Of a stretch of 64,000 nt of DNA, positions 9,920-19,763 are shown piece by piece. The stretch's first letter is position 1; every line of letters starts with the position of its first letter. The translations under genes were made by a program, and so were the position numbers. Where the stretch lies: positions 62,001 to 126,000 of the IMG/VR virus record IMGVR_UViG_3300002835_000007, one strand, 5' to 3'. The notes beneath the pieces are model-generated. The model did not search any database, was not told the origin of the DNA, and saw only the letters and a list, made by a program, of their open reading frames with translations.

Positions 9920-10915
9920 TTAATTATTTAAATAAGGGTCATTTACATCAGAAATAATTTTATTACCATGTTTTATTTCAACTCCATTATTAACATCACT
10001 TTTAAGTTCTGCATTAAATTTTTCTCTAAATTTATTTAAAAATGTTTTAACACTTTCTTTTGATAACATTCTTATACTAGAATAGATGTATGTTCTACCA
10101 TTAACTTCAGAAAAGTTTACATTCAAATTTGGATAAGTATTGTTATCATTTAACACATCTAAATATTTCCAAAATTTATTATATAATTCTTCATCACCAT
10201 CTTTAAAAATTGTAACTTCAAAAGGTTTTGAATCCAATGTTTTAACATTAGCATGAACACTATCATTAGGTTTTAATAAATCAGCATTATAAATCCCACT
10301 ATACCCCCCATAATTGAATTTTTTGAATCGACTTAATATTTTTGACCTTTTAATTTCCATATCGAAATATGTATTATAAAGTTTTTCTCTTAAATAACCA
10401 TCTTTACCACCAGATAATGGATATGACCATATTATTAATAATTGTTTATTATCAGCAAGTTGTCTCAAAATAAATTCATTAATTGCTGCTTTTACAGTTC
10501 CCATAATAGACAAAACTCTTCTACCTTTTAATTCTGGGTAATGCGTAGTATCATATTCATCAATCACACCAAATGATACTTCAATACCAAATATGTTATT
10601 TGGTAAATTGTTAAACGTTTCAGTATCGTTATCGATTATTCTAAGTATAAAGTTTTCAAGACCTAATTTATTTCTACCATCAACACTTATATACATATTC
10701 CATTCTGTTGACGGGTCTATAGCAGTTATCTCATTTTCATCTTTTGGTACTTTAAAACTTACTTTATATCCATTAGAACCCCAATCTTTTAATATTTCAT
10801 ATGGATATCCTTTTGAATCTGCGATTTCATTTAAGTCTATCATTTCAAATAAACGGTTAGCTTCTAATCTCAAGTTAGCTTCAAATATATTTTTCTTTTT
10901 ATCAAATTTTCTCAT
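9920..10915 (-). CDS. paralog B2 of four-gene family
   Basis: 331 aa; same motifs as B1. Confidence 0.75.
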   Translation of the reverse strand: MRKFDKKKNIFEANLRLEANRLFEMIDLNEIADSKGYPYEILKDWGSNGYKVSFKVPKDENEITAIDPSTEWNMYISVDGRNKLGLENFILRIIDNDTETFNNLPNNIFGIEVSFGVIDEYDTTHYPELKGRRVLSIMGTVKAAINEFILRQLADNKQLLIIWSYPLSGGKDGYLREKLYNTYFDMEIKRSKILSRFKKFNYGGYSGIYNADLLKPNDSVHANVKTLDSKPFEVTIFKDGDEELYNKFWKYLDVLNDNNTYPNLNVNFSEVNGRTYIYSSIRMLSKESVKTFLNKFREKFNAELKSDVNNGVEIKHGNKIISDVNDPYLNN

Positions 10916-10924
10916 TGTTTTATT

Positions 10925-12364
10925 TTAATTATTTGGAACGTCAAATGGTTGACCCCCATAAGTTATTTCTACATGGTCTTGACCATTATTAAAGTCAGAG
11001 TTTAAAGCTGCTCTTATTTCTCTAACTATGCTTTCAGCAACATTTCTATCAATATCTTTTATCTCTATAGAATTACCAATAGTACTTAAAAGATGGTTTA
11101 AAGATGGACGATTCCTCTTTAAACTATTTAAAACACTAATTAATCTACTGTTATCTGAATTTAAATCATATAAACTAGATTGTTCACCTATTTTAATTAT
11201 TAACTTTTGAGCGTTTAATGCATTTGTTATATCGGCATCAATTTCTGCATTAGTCTTTACTGGTTTGTCTTCACCAACAGCTTTAAGATAATCATAGATA
11301 CCTATCTCACCACCTTTCTTGAATTTCACAAAGTTTTTTAATAATGAGTTTGACGCAATTTGTTCATCAAAATATTTATTGTATAAACGTTCTCTCATAG
11401 AACTTTCATCTGCTGGTAAAGCTGTTGATGATACTGGAGCGTTAGCAACTAAATTTTGAATATAATCTACATCGGTTGAATCTATTTTATCACGTAAAAA
11501 ACGTAATACTGAAAAATAAGTTTTAATGTTAATAATATCTTCATTGTCACCCTCTTGAGTTTGTGTTGCAGCTTCTCTTTTTGCTTGTTTTAGTAAATTA
11601 TCTAAATTATATTGTTTATCATATAAACATAACAAGATTCCTTTTTTTGAACCAGCAATATTAAGATTATTAATAAAAGTCTGAGTATTATTCTCATATT
11701 TTTCACTTTCATCACCAGTCATTTTAGGACGATATTCACCGTCAATTAATATTGCTCTAAAAATAATTTCATAATAATAATCCAATAATTTTTGAATTTT
11801 AACATAATTTCTAACCTCTCTTTCAGAAACTGGTCTATTATTCGAAACATAACCTTTTAAAGTGTCTATAGCCCTTTCTCTAGCCTTATCATTATTATCT
11901 TCAACTGGAGATGAAAATACCATAATTAGACGATAACCTTTAGCTGCCATCTCATCAATATATTCACTAGTAGCTTTAGTGTTTGTCGCCATGATTTGTG
12001 CTGCTTGAGAGTTTATTGTACCGTAAGTACTAATATTACTCTTTTCAGTTGTTTTAACACCAAAACTAATACCAATACAATAATCTTTTTCATCCATTTC
12101 TTCAATACCAACACGGTCAAATCTATATTCTAGTCTGTTAAAATCACTTTTAAAATATTTAGAAATAGTTAATTCCATAGTTACTAAACCATATTGTTCT
12201 GTTTTTATTTCATATCTAACGTTTCTATAACCGTCATCTTCATATGAAATAGTATAAGGTGCTGCTTCACCAATTTCTGTCATTAACATTCTTTCAAAAA
12301 CAAATTCTTGCTCTAATCTCAAATTGGCTTCACGTATAATCTTCTTTTTGTCAAATCTTCTCAT
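10925..12364 (-). CDS. paralog A2 of four-gene family
   Basis: 479 aa; FERMLMTEIG.AAPYTI and YEIKTEQYGL shared with A1. Confidence 0.75.
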   Translation of the reverse strand: MRRFDKKKIIREANLRLEQEFVFERMLMTEIGEAAPYTISYEDDGYRNVRYEIKTEQYGLVTMELTISKYFKSDFNRLEYRFDRVGIEEMDEKDYCIGISFGVKTTEKSNISTYGTINSQAAQIMATNTKATSEYIDEMAAKGYRLIMVFSSPVEDNNDKARERAIDTLKGYVSNNRPVSEREVRNYVKIQKLLDYYYEIIFRAILIDGEYRPKMTGDESEKYENNTQTFINNLNIAGSKKGILLCLYDKQYNLDNLLKQAKREAATQTQEGDNEDIINIKTYFSVLRFLRDKIDSTDVDYIQNLVANAPVSSTALPADESSMRERLYNKYFDEQIASNSLLKNFVKFKKGGEIGIYDYLKAVGEDKPVKTNAEIDADITNALNAQKLIIKIGEQSSLYDLNSDNSRLISVLNSLKRNRPSLNHLLSTIGNSIEIKDIDRNVAESIVREIRAALNSDFNNGQDHVEITYGGQPFDVPNN

Positions 12365-12380
12365 TAATAAATTATTTATT

Positions 12381-12389
12381 TATAAATAT
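12381..12389 (-). promoter_or_regulatory. putative late promoter ATATTTATA
   Basis: same motif precedes the genes at 43600, 47551(-), 52626, 56017 and 59279(-). Confidence 0.5.
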
Positions 12390-12477
12390 AACAAATTATT
12401 GTATAAATGGAATATTATTTGTAAATTTGTATCATTAAATTAATATTTATGACGCAAGAAGAATATAAAGAATTAGT

Positions 12478-12735
12478 ATGGGAAAGATATTAACAGCAGA
12501 AGAGTTTTTAATCATTAATGATGATAAAGATTTTAGATTATCAATGTCGGGTAGATATGTTTCTGAAATGATGATTGCATTTGCTAAAGTTCATGTAGAA
12601 GCTGCATTGAAAGAAGCAAGTGAGAATGCTGAAACAGAGGAAGGAATAGGTAATCCTTATGACCCAAACGACATATATTATGTAGTAGATAAAGATTCAA
12701 TCTTAAATAGTTACCCATTAACTAATATAAAATAG
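12478..12735 (+). CDS. conserved phage hypothetical protein
   Basis: MIAFAKVHVEAALKEASE...DKDSILNSYPL pattern. Confidence 0.7.
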   Translation: MGKILTAEEFLIINDDKDFRLSMSGRYVSEMMIAFAKVHVEAALKEASENAETEEGIGNPYDPNDIYYVVDKDSILNSYPLTNIK

Positions 12736-12855
12736 TATGGAATATACAGAGAAATATACCCCATGGGAATTGAAAGAATTATTGAAAAATGGTAAACTTT
12801 AATTTGTTTTATTAAAATATTATTCATACATTTGTATTATAAAATAACCAATGAT

Positions 12856-13266
12856 ATGGAAAAATTCGTAACATACGAACAAGCACTAGCACTAAAAGAA
12901 ATTGGGTATGATAAATACTCATGGTTTGGTATGGAATACTCACTATACAAAGCAGATGGTAAACATACTTTCTATGCTAATGGTATTGGTGATGAAACTT
13001 ATATCTCTGCACCACTTAAATCAGAAGTTATGAATTGGTTTGAAACCGAACATCAGTTATTTGGCGACATACATACTGATTGTACAACTGAACCTAAGTT
13101 TTGTTATGTTGTTAATAAATTCTTTGGCTATCCAAATGATTTAACAGAAAAAGAATGGCGATGGGAACTTGGAAACTATTCTGTTTTATATAGAACAAGA
13201 GAACAAGCACAAAATGAACTTATAGATTATCTAATCGATATTGTTAAATATAATTTGGATAAGTAA
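12856..13266 (+). CDS. conserved phage hypothetical protein
   Basis: FVTYEQALALKEIGYD...SAP; start moved downstream of promoter. Confidence 0.7.
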   Translation: MEKFVTYEQALALKEIGYDKYSWFGMEYSLYKADGKHTFYANGIGDETYISAPLKSEVMNWFETEHQLFGDIHTDCTTEPKFCYVVNKFFGYPNDLTEKEWRWELGNYSVLYRTREQAQNELIDYLIDIVKYNLDK

Positions 13267-13304
13267 AATATTATTCATACATTTGTATTATAAAATTAAA
13301 AGAT

Positions 13305-13607
13305 ATGATGTTAACTTTAAATAAAATAACAGAAAGAATCACTTTAATAGTAGAACAATTAAGAGCAACAGATTGGAGAGATGCTATTCCACATTATGAA
13401 TATGATTTAGCAAAAAGTTTGGAAGCTCAATTGATAATGTTTACTGCTGGATTTAAAGCATGTCAAGATGCTGTTATATTTGAAGCAAATCATGTGCTTG
13501 ACCCAGAAACAGAAATCGAAGTTCCCAAACAATGGGAACAATATTTTGAAAAGGAACAAAAAGAATACCAAGAGTATTTAAGACTTAAAGCAAAATACGA
13601 AAAGTAA
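13305..13607 (+). CDS. hypothetical protein
   Basis: own promoter; C-terminal EYLRLKAKYE. Confidence 0.7.
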   Translation: MMLTLNKITERITLIVEQLRATDWRDAIPHYEYDLAKSLEAQLIMFTAGFKACQDAVIFEANHVLDPETEIEVPKQWEQYFEKEQKEYQEYLRLKAKYEK

Positions 13608-13647
13608 AATGTAAAATATTTAAACACTCATTAAAATACTATAACTA

Positions 13648-13815
13648 ATGTATAAACTACCTATATCAGAATTAAAGCAGATTAAAAACTCTTTAATTCA
13701 AACAAATAATTCTTTAATTGAATGTGAAGAAATATTAAAAAATTATAAGGTCGTTGATTTGATAAAAGAAAATCAACGATTAATAGAGTTACTAACAACT
13801 AAATATTACATATGA
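13648..13815 (+). CDS. hypothetical protein (55 aa, not in ORF track)
   Basis: MYKLPISELK...; ATGA-coupled to next gene. Confidence 0.5.
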   Translation: MYKLPISELKQIKNSLIQTNNSLIECEEILKNYKVVDLIKENQRLIELLTTKYYI

Positions 13816-14036
13816 AAACATTTAAAAGAAAATACCGAATAGTTAAAGATGACTATTTAGGATATGAAGTTCAATCACGTATATGGTGGTTTCCTTTCTG
13901 GTTGCAATGTAGAAGTAGTATAGGTGCTGCAAATACACACCCTACAATTGAAAAGGCTAAAGAATTTATTTATAGACGAGTTAATGGACTCCACACACGT
14001 GTGGTAATGGAATACAATCCTCATTTAGAAAAGTAA
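13812..14036 (+). CDS. hypothetical protein
   Basis: YRIV...YEVQ.RIWWFPFW pattern. Confidence 0.7.
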   Translation: MKTFKRKYRIVKDDYLGYEVQSRIWWFPFWLQCRSSIGAANTHPTIEKAKEFIYRRVNGLHTRVVMEYNPHLEK

Positions 14037-14040
14037 TAGT

Positions 14041-14286
14041 ATGGAAAATAATAACATTATAGGTGCAATCTTTGGGATGATTATTGTTGGTTGTTTATTT
14101 ACACTTATTGGTGTTGATATACATAAAGACTTAACAGTAATCGATACTCGTGTGCAAACAATTGATGGCAAAACATATGATTGTACCGAAGCACATGCAC
14201 ATAATAATGGTATGACGTATATAAGAAAACCTTATTATATGCAAATACCAACAAAAACTGTTAAACTAATTAAAAGATTAGATTGA
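14041..14286 (+). CDS. hypothetical membrane protein
   Basis: N-terminal TM helix. Confidence 0.65.
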   Translation: MENNNIIGAIFGMIIVGCLFTLIGVDIHKDLTVIDTRVQTIDGKTYDCTEAHAHNNGMTYIRKPYYMQIPTKTVKLIKRLD

Positions 14287-14287
14287 T

Positions 14288-14524
14288 ATGAAAAAAGAAA
14301 CATTAGAAGAAGCTGCTGAAAGACATGACGCAGATAGAGATTCATTTATTGCTGGTGCTAAATACATGACTGAAAGAATGTATTCAGAAGAAGAAGTAAG
14401 AGCTATGATTGAGAAAGCATTGACTCATAATGATTATAATTTTTGTGGGTCATTGGTTACAGCACAAGGTGAAATAAGAACTGCCAATTTTGGAATCTGG
14501 TTTGAAGAAAATAAAAAGAAATAA
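14288..14524 (+). CDS. conserved phage hypothetical protein
   Basis: ETLEEAAE...FIAGAK...ERMYSEEEV...WFE pattern. Confidence 0.7.
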   Translation: MKKETLEEAAERHDADRDSFIAGAKYMTERMYSEEEVRAMIEKALTHNDYNFCGSLVTAQGEIRTANFGIWFEENKKK

Positions 14525-14525
14525 G

Positions 14526-14696
14526 ATGAGACATGTTAAATTTACTTTTCACGATGATGAAATAAAAGAAGGCGTAATCGTTGAAGATGTACACTTCGCT
14601 GGTGGGTATAAAGTAATACACGAAAACTGCATCCTAGCACTACACCTAGTTACAATAATAGAAGAACAAACATCTCAACCCAAAGAAGAAGAATAA
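14526..14696 (+). CDS. hypothetical protein
   Basis: ATG at 14526. Confidence 0.55.
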   Translation: MRHVKFTFHDDEIKEGVIVEDVHFAGGYKVIHENCILALHLVTIIEEQTSQPKEEE

Positions 14697-14699
14697 TCA

Positions 14700-15077
14700 A
14701 TGTATAGACAAGAAACAATACTATATAAAGATACATACAATATACACATAACAAAAGACTATGTAGATAATATCCTTATAGAAGAAATTCACTATAATAG
14801 AAACAATAGAATAATATATAAGAACAATATTGAATGTGAAGTAAAATATTTCTATGATGTAAATGTAAAATATGAACTACAGTTATCTAAAAATATTAAA
14901 CAAGAAAATATCTTACGTAAAATAACACAAGATACAAAAAACTTTGGTAGTGAAAAACATTATATAATAAATGATAACACTTGTACATATTTCTGTACAA
15001 TGAATAATCATGACGCAATAAAATACATAAAAGAATATATAAAAACATATATACTAAAATCTAACAATCTTATATGA
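14700..15077 (+). CDS. hypothetical protein
   Basis: ORF in G-poor DNA. Confidence 0.5.
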   Translation: MYRQETILYKDTYNIHITKDYVDNILIEEIHYNRNNRIIYKNNIECEVKYFYDVNVKYELQLSKNIKQENILRKITQDTKNFGSEKHYIINDNTCTYFCTMNNHDAIKYIKEYIKTYILKSNNLI

Positions 15078-15304
15078 ATAATAACGCAAATAAGTATATA
15101 AGAAAAAAGTTTAAAGTATTCTTTGGCAATATGAAATCACCCACAATGTACGCAGAACTTAATAACGGAAAATATACAAAAACATTCCAGAATGAACATG
15201 GTAATATAGTGTCAGATTTTATTACCATAGAAGAATATGCAGCAGCACTAGGGCATATCCTCCTAAGAGAAAATGGCTACAAATACTTTGAGAATAAAAC
15301 ATAA
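15074..15304 (+). CDS. hypothetical protein
   Basis: ATGA-coupled ORF. Confidence 0.6.
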   Translation: MNNNANKYIRKKFKVFFGNMKSPTMYAELNNGKYTKTFQNEHGNIVSDFITIEEYAAALGHILLRENGYKYFENKT

Positions 15305-15454
15305 CTATACTATGTCACATGTATACATACATAACAATTTTTATATGACAATACTAATATCATCATATAACTTATACGATAATTTAATAGTAATATAACA
15401 CCAGTGTACCACATACCCATATACTGTGGGGAACGTAGTTCCCATCAAGTACAA

Positions 15455-15480
15455 CTTGTACAGATTTCTGTACAAGGTAT
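15455..15480. repeat. TGTACA-N6-TGTACA palindromic motif (copies also at 14981, 31216 reversed, 39273, 41114)
   Basis: CTTGTACAGATTTCTGTACAAG; 15458-15480 is the exact reverse complement of 31216-31238. Confidence 0.75.
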
Positions 15481-15732
15481 GGATATGACGTACTTATTTG
15501 TACCTACATTAGCACGCAAATATTATGTGGCGATTTTGAGCCAAAAAACGGGTTTTTGTGGTAAAAAGTGGTAAATAGTGTAAGTAAATGGTACAAAGAA
15601 TTAGTAAATGGCGTTTTTTACCTAAAAATAGGGTATGGACATAGATTTTCCATAGGGGAAAATAAGTTAAAGAAACCTTTATGCCCTTTAAAAACACGCA
15701 ACCACTTTTTCAGCCGAAATTTACGGACACAA

Positions 15733-15748
15733 TGTTTCACGTGGAACA
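15733..15748. promoter_or_regulatory. parS: parS-like centromere site
   Basis: TGTTTCACGTGGAACA; reverse complement TGTTCCACGTGAAACA fits the bacterial consensus TGTTNCACGTGAAACA; intergenic. Confidence 0.75.
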
Positions 15749-16019
15749 TTACCACAAAAACGTGCATAGTAAGTCAGCCCAGCCCAGTAAAAATATTGGC
15801 ACAAGTTATTGCCCCTACTTAAAAAAGTAAGGGTATAAATTTATGCACCAAATCTCGTGGAAAGGGTGTGCAAATATAATATGTCAAATTTCACTTTGTC
15901 ATAAGCGTTAAAATTAATATTTAAATTTCAGTATACAAATGTAAGCATAATATTTTAATCTACCAAACTTTTTTGCAATTTATAATCATTCTAAATAAGG
16001 GTTGTTAAAAAAAGTTTAG

Positions 16020-16082
16020 GGTAGGTTGGAGTCTACTCTTCTGAAACTTGTTAAGTCAGCACGTATCTCTTTCAAACCTACA
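16020..16082 (-). ncRNA. dispersed sRNA-like element copy 1
   Basis: AGAGUAGACUCC core, CUGA...UCAG hairpin, promoter TTAG-N20-TACATTTG on minus strand. Confidence 0.6.
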
Positions 16083-16294
16083 ATACAAATGTAGGTATAA
16101 TAAATTTAATATCCTAATAAAAAAAATTTTTTTATTAATTATTTTTTTATTATATTACACACGCACATATGTACACGTGTACATTTATAGAATAGTGGTA
16201 TTAAAATTTTTTTTAATTATTTTTTATAAAGTAGTAGGATATTAAAAAAGTTTATATATCTTTGTAGGGTATTAATCAATTAAAACAATTACAT

Positions 16295-17011
16295 ATGAGT
16301 TTGGTATTTAAACACAAAGACACTATTCAAGTTGTTACGTTAGCAACAACAAAGAATGACAAAATTGAATCTAATAAGAAACGTAAGATAGTACAAACGT
16401 ACACGTTTTCTTATAAGCAATTTGAGTTAGTTAAGAAACGTTTTGAAACGAATGAAGCAATTGGCATGAAAAACTTTTTTAGTAACGCAGATAGCAATTG
16501 TTTGGATTGTCCTTTCAATTCTTATGGCAAATGTTATACACATAAATTTAATCAATACGTTGGTTTTATTTCATCTTTAAAAAGTGTATTTAGAAAGTTT
16601 GGTAGTATAGACAATATACCTAACTTTGATATTTCAATGTTAGACAAAGTTACCAAAATGAGCAAAGGTACTTATGTACGTTTCGGAACGTATGGTGAAC
16701 CAAGTTTGCACCCAATTGAATTAATTCGTTCTATGGTAAAAGTATGCGACAATTGGACGGGTTATACGCACCAATGGAATAAAACTAATTTAGGTGATTA
16801 TTTTATGGCAAGTACGCATACAACAAGTGAGCAACAAAGTGCTGAAATTTTAGGTTATAGGTCGTTTGTAGCAACTGAAAATAAGTTAGGGTATGTTGGT
16901 TGCCCAGCGAGTAAAGAAATGGGTTATAAGTCGAGTTGTAGTGCTTGTAATTTATGTAGTGGAAAGTTAGGAACTAAAACAAATAAAAGTATAGAAATTA
17001 TCCTACATTAA
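16295..17011 (+). CDS. Cys-rich conserved phage protein (possible Fe-S/metal-binding, Gp88-like)
   Basis: CLDCP...CY, RFGTYGEP, TGYTHQW, CPAS...CSACNLC. Confidence 0.6.
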   Translation: MSLVFKHKDTIQVVTLATTKNDKIESNKKRKIVQTYTFSYKQFELVKKRFETNEAIGMKNFFSNADSNCLDCPFNSYGKCYTHKFNQYVGFISSLKSVFRKFGSIDNIPNFDISMLDKVTKMSKGTYVRFGTYGEPSLHPIELIRSMVKVCDNWTGYTHQWNKTNLGDYFMASTHTTSEQQSAEILGYRSFVATENKLGYVGCPASKEMGYKSSCSACNLCSGKLGTKTNKSIEIILH

Positions 17012-17111
17012 TGTAGGGTAATTTTTTTTAAAACTTTTTATATAAAGTAGTAGGAAATTAAAAAAGAATGTTTATATTTGTAATGTATTAATCAATTAAA
17101 TAAAATAAATT

Positions 17112-17471
17112 ATGGGACGTTATTATTCGGGTGACATTGAAGGAAAGTTTTGGTTTGCACTACAATCTTCGGATTGTGCAGATAGGTTTGGTGTAAGTGG
17201 ACAACAACCAAACATATTAGAGTACTATTACGAAGAAAGTGATTTAGAAGGTGTGGAAGAAGAAATTGCTAATATTGAGCAAAGTTTGGGTGAACAAATA
17301 AAAGTCATAGAAGACTTTTTTAGAACAAACAATGGTTACAATGATAGTATGTTGGCAGAGGCAAATATTACCACAAGTGAATTAAGTGATTACGCAGATT
17401 TATGTTTGGGTATACAAATAAGGGATTGTATAAAAGAAAATGGTGCTTGTCGTTTTGACGCAGAATGTTAA
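17112..17471 (+). CDS. conserved phage hypothetical protein
   Basis: MGRYYSGDIEGKFWFALQSSD; own promoter. Confidence 0.75.
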   Translation: MGRYYSGDIEGKFWFALQSSDCADRFGVSGQQPNILEYYYEESDLEGVEEEIANIEQSLGEQIKVIEDFFRTNNGYNDSMLAEANITTSELSDYADLCLGIQIRDCIKENGACRFDAEC

Positions 17472-17527
17472 AAAATTATCCCCTACTAAAATAGTAGGGG
17501 TTTTTGTTTTTAATTTTTATTTTTTTT

Positions 17528-17592
17528 ATATGGACGTGACGGAGTCTAGTCTTCCATTCCCACGGCACGTATCGATTATCAATCATCTACAA
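17528..17592 (-). ncRNA. dispersed sRNA-like element copy 2
   Basis: CCGU-GGGA-AUGG hairpin + AGACUAGACUCC; promoter CTTG-N20-TACATTTG. Confidence 0.65.
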
Positions 17593-17742
17593 TACAAATG
17601 TAGAAATAATAAATTAGATATGCAAGAAAAAAGTGATTAAAAATAAAAATAATTTTTTTTTCATTATTTTATATAAAAAGTTTGGAAATTAAAAAAAAAG
17701 CGTTACATTTGTAATGTATTAATAATCTAAAAAACAAATAAG

Positions 17743-18627
17743 ATGAACACACAAGAAAAAGTACAAGAAATTTTAAAGTCTAATGGATTAGATTTTACAA
17801 TTGAAAAAGCACCTATGATGGCTTTAAATTCTAATGGTATCTATGTACCAAGTGAGTATTTCGGTTTGATTAATTCAAGCACGAATGAAGTGATTAACAC
17901 CGTAAAAGAGGGTTATACGGTATCTCAAAACGAAGAGGTTGTTGAGTTGGTTATGCGTGGAATTGAACCTTTCGGAAACGATATTCAAGTTACCAAAGGT
18001 GGTGCGTTGAATGGTGGACGCAAAGTGTTTTTACAACTTGCTATCAATGGTGACGGCAAAGTTAATGGTGACACTATTAAGAAGTATATTACTATCGTGG
18101 ATAGTAATGACGGCAGTACGGGTCTATCGGTAGGTATTGGTGATTTAACTATGAGTTGCAGTAACCAATTTTTTAAGTTCTACAAAAGTGGACAATCTAA
18201 ATTTCGTCATACGGCAAGTTTGGAACGTAGAATCAAAGAAATTCCTTTCCTTATTGAAACGGCTTTATCTGAATCATTAAGACAAATTGAAATCTACAAT
18301 CAATTTGCAAGTACGCAAGTTTCACGTGATTTGGCACACAAAATGGTTAAACACTTATTAGGGTTTGACAAAGTGTATACAAGTGTAAAAGACTTGTCAG
18401 ATAAGTCTACACGTAGTATAAACAAAATGGATGCTTTATACAACGCTATTGAACGTGAAATGAATAGCAAAGGTGACACGTTGTGGGGTTTACATAGTGG
18501 AATTACATATTACACTACACACGAATTGTCAGCACCAAAACGTGACAATGGTAAAGTTGAAACTTTGTTACAAGGAACGGGTTACAATATGAACCAAGCA
18601 AGTTTGGAATTTGCTTTAAATTACTAA
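17743..18627 (+). CDS. DUF932 (DUF945/LGT_TIGR03299-like) domain protein
   Basis: LDFTIEK.P, Y.V.QNEE, L.GGRKVF, S.DGS, C.NQ, RHT. Confidence 0.75.
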   Translation: MNTQEKVQEILKSNGLDFTIEKAPMMALNSNGIYVPSEYFGLINSSTNEVINTVKEGYTVSQNEEVVELVMRGIEPFGNDIQVTKGGALNGGRKVFLQLAINGDGKVNGDTIKKYITIVDSNDGSTGLSVGIGDLTMSCSNQFFKFYKSGQSKFRHTASLERRIKEIPFLIETALSESLRQIEIYNQFASTQVSRDLAHKMVKHLLGFDKVYTSVKDLSDKSTRSINKMDALYNAIEREMNSKGDTLWGLHSGITYYTTHELSAPKRDNGKVETLLQGTGYNMNQASLEFALNY

Positions 18628-18738
18628 CAAAGTTACAAGGGGGTTATCAACACCCCCTTGTAAATAACTTTATTTGCAAAGGTCGAATTTATTTTGTACC
18701 TTTGCAAATTTTTTTCTTATATGGTAAAAAAAATATAA

Positions 18739-18800
18739 GGTAGGTTGGAGTCTACTCTTTCAAGATTTCCCTCGACCCGTTTCGGTTATCACCACCAACA
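18739..18800 (-). ncRNA. dispersed sRNA-like element copy 3
   Basis: UCGAGG-GAAA-UCUUGA hairpin + core; promoter TTTG-N20-TACCTTTG. Confidence 0.65.
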
Positions 18801-18932
18801 AAACAAAGGTAGGGATAATATATTTAAAAAACAAACTTTTGTTGCATAAAAAAAAATAATTATTTTCTCACAAAATAGTTGCAGAATTAAAAATAATGTT
18901 TATCTTTGTAGGGAACAATAAAACAAAACACA

Positions 18933-19472
18933 ATGAAAAATTTAAATGACGTAAGATTAATGGCAGAAACATTAATGACAAAACAATTCACGTTTAACAC
19001 GTACCATGGGGTTTATACATTGAGTGGTGAACAATTAGGTTATACGTTTAAGTTTGATAGTGCAAAACGTAGATTTGGTTGCTGTAGTTATGGTAAAAAA
19101 ACTATTGGTTTATCTATGCCACTATGTAATGAAAATTTAGATAAAATAGACACAAAGATTACTGACACTATGTTGCACGAATTGGCACACGCATTTTGTG
19201 TTCACGTGTATGGTGTAAGGGACGGAAGAGGTCATGGGTACAATTGGCAACATATTGCAAAACAAATTGGTTGTGACGCTAAAAGATGTTTTAGTAGTGA
19301 TAGTGTTAATTTACCTAAATCAAAATATACTTTGTTATGTGAGAGTTGTGGTAAAGAAACACCAAAACACAAAGTGATTAGAAAGACTTATGCTTGTGCT
19401 AAATGTTGTGATGAACATAACAACGGAAAATTCAGTTATGATTATCAATTAAAATTAGTTACGAATTATTAA
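18933..19472 (+). CDS. SprT-like zinc metalloprotease
   Basis: RFGCC, HELAH, GHG..W, C-terminal CxxC...CxxC. Confidence 0.85.
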   Translation: MKNLNDVRLMAETLMTKQFTFNTYHGVYTLSGEQLGYTFKFDSAKRRFGCCSYGKKTIGLSMPLCNENLDKIDTKITDTMLHELAHAFCVHVYGVRDGRGHGYNWQHIAKQIGCDAKRCFSSDSVNLPKSKYTLLCESCGKETPKHKVIRKTYACAKCCDEHNNGKFSYDYQLKLVTNY

Positions 19473-19477
19473 AAAAG

Positions 19478-19510
19478 ATTTGCATAAGTGAAAACTTATG
19501 CTTATCTTTG
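19478..19510 (+). promoter_or_regulatory. promoter with hairpin-forming spacer (representative of a family in 19-39 kb)
   Basis: TTT-GCATAAG-tgaaaa-CTTATGC-TTATCTTTG; same sequence near 22609, 23870, 34067. Confidence 0.75.
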
Positions 19511-19532
19511 ATTAAACAAAACAATAAAAGTT

Positions 19533-19763
19533 ATGAAAGATTTATTTGAAACACCAGAGTTGATACCAAACGAAGTACAAGCAATATTGGAATCATTTGA
19601 TGAGGATAGTGGAAACACCTATTTTGAGTTAGATAGGATATTGAGTGAGATAGAACCATTGGGTTATACCTTTGATTACTATTTGGACGCAGAACCATAT
19701 GGGTTAAGACCTATGGGTATGGAATTGGAAGAGTTAGAGGGTTGGGAACATATTAATGATTAA
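19533..19763 (+). CDS. hypothetical acidic protein
   Basis: DLFETPELIP...GYTFDYYLDAEPY. Confidence 0.75.
   Translation: MKDLFETPELIPNEVQAILESFDEDSGNTYFELDRILSEIEPLGYTFDYYLDAEPYGLRPMGMELEELEGWEHIND

Noticed and set aside
15509-15822. ORFs 15509-15697(-), 15568-15822(+) and 42585-42881(+)
   Set aside because: They lie in low-complexity boundary DNA with atypical composition and no leader; likely spurious.
17440-17640. ORFs crossing the repeat element (also 16048, 23243-, 27481-, 31572, 35830) with shared peptides such as PWEWK or GVYSSTL
   Set aside because: Non-ATG or poorly placed starts, overlap with promoters and terminators, and different frames and strands between copies; the peptide similarity is a by-product of the DNA repeat.
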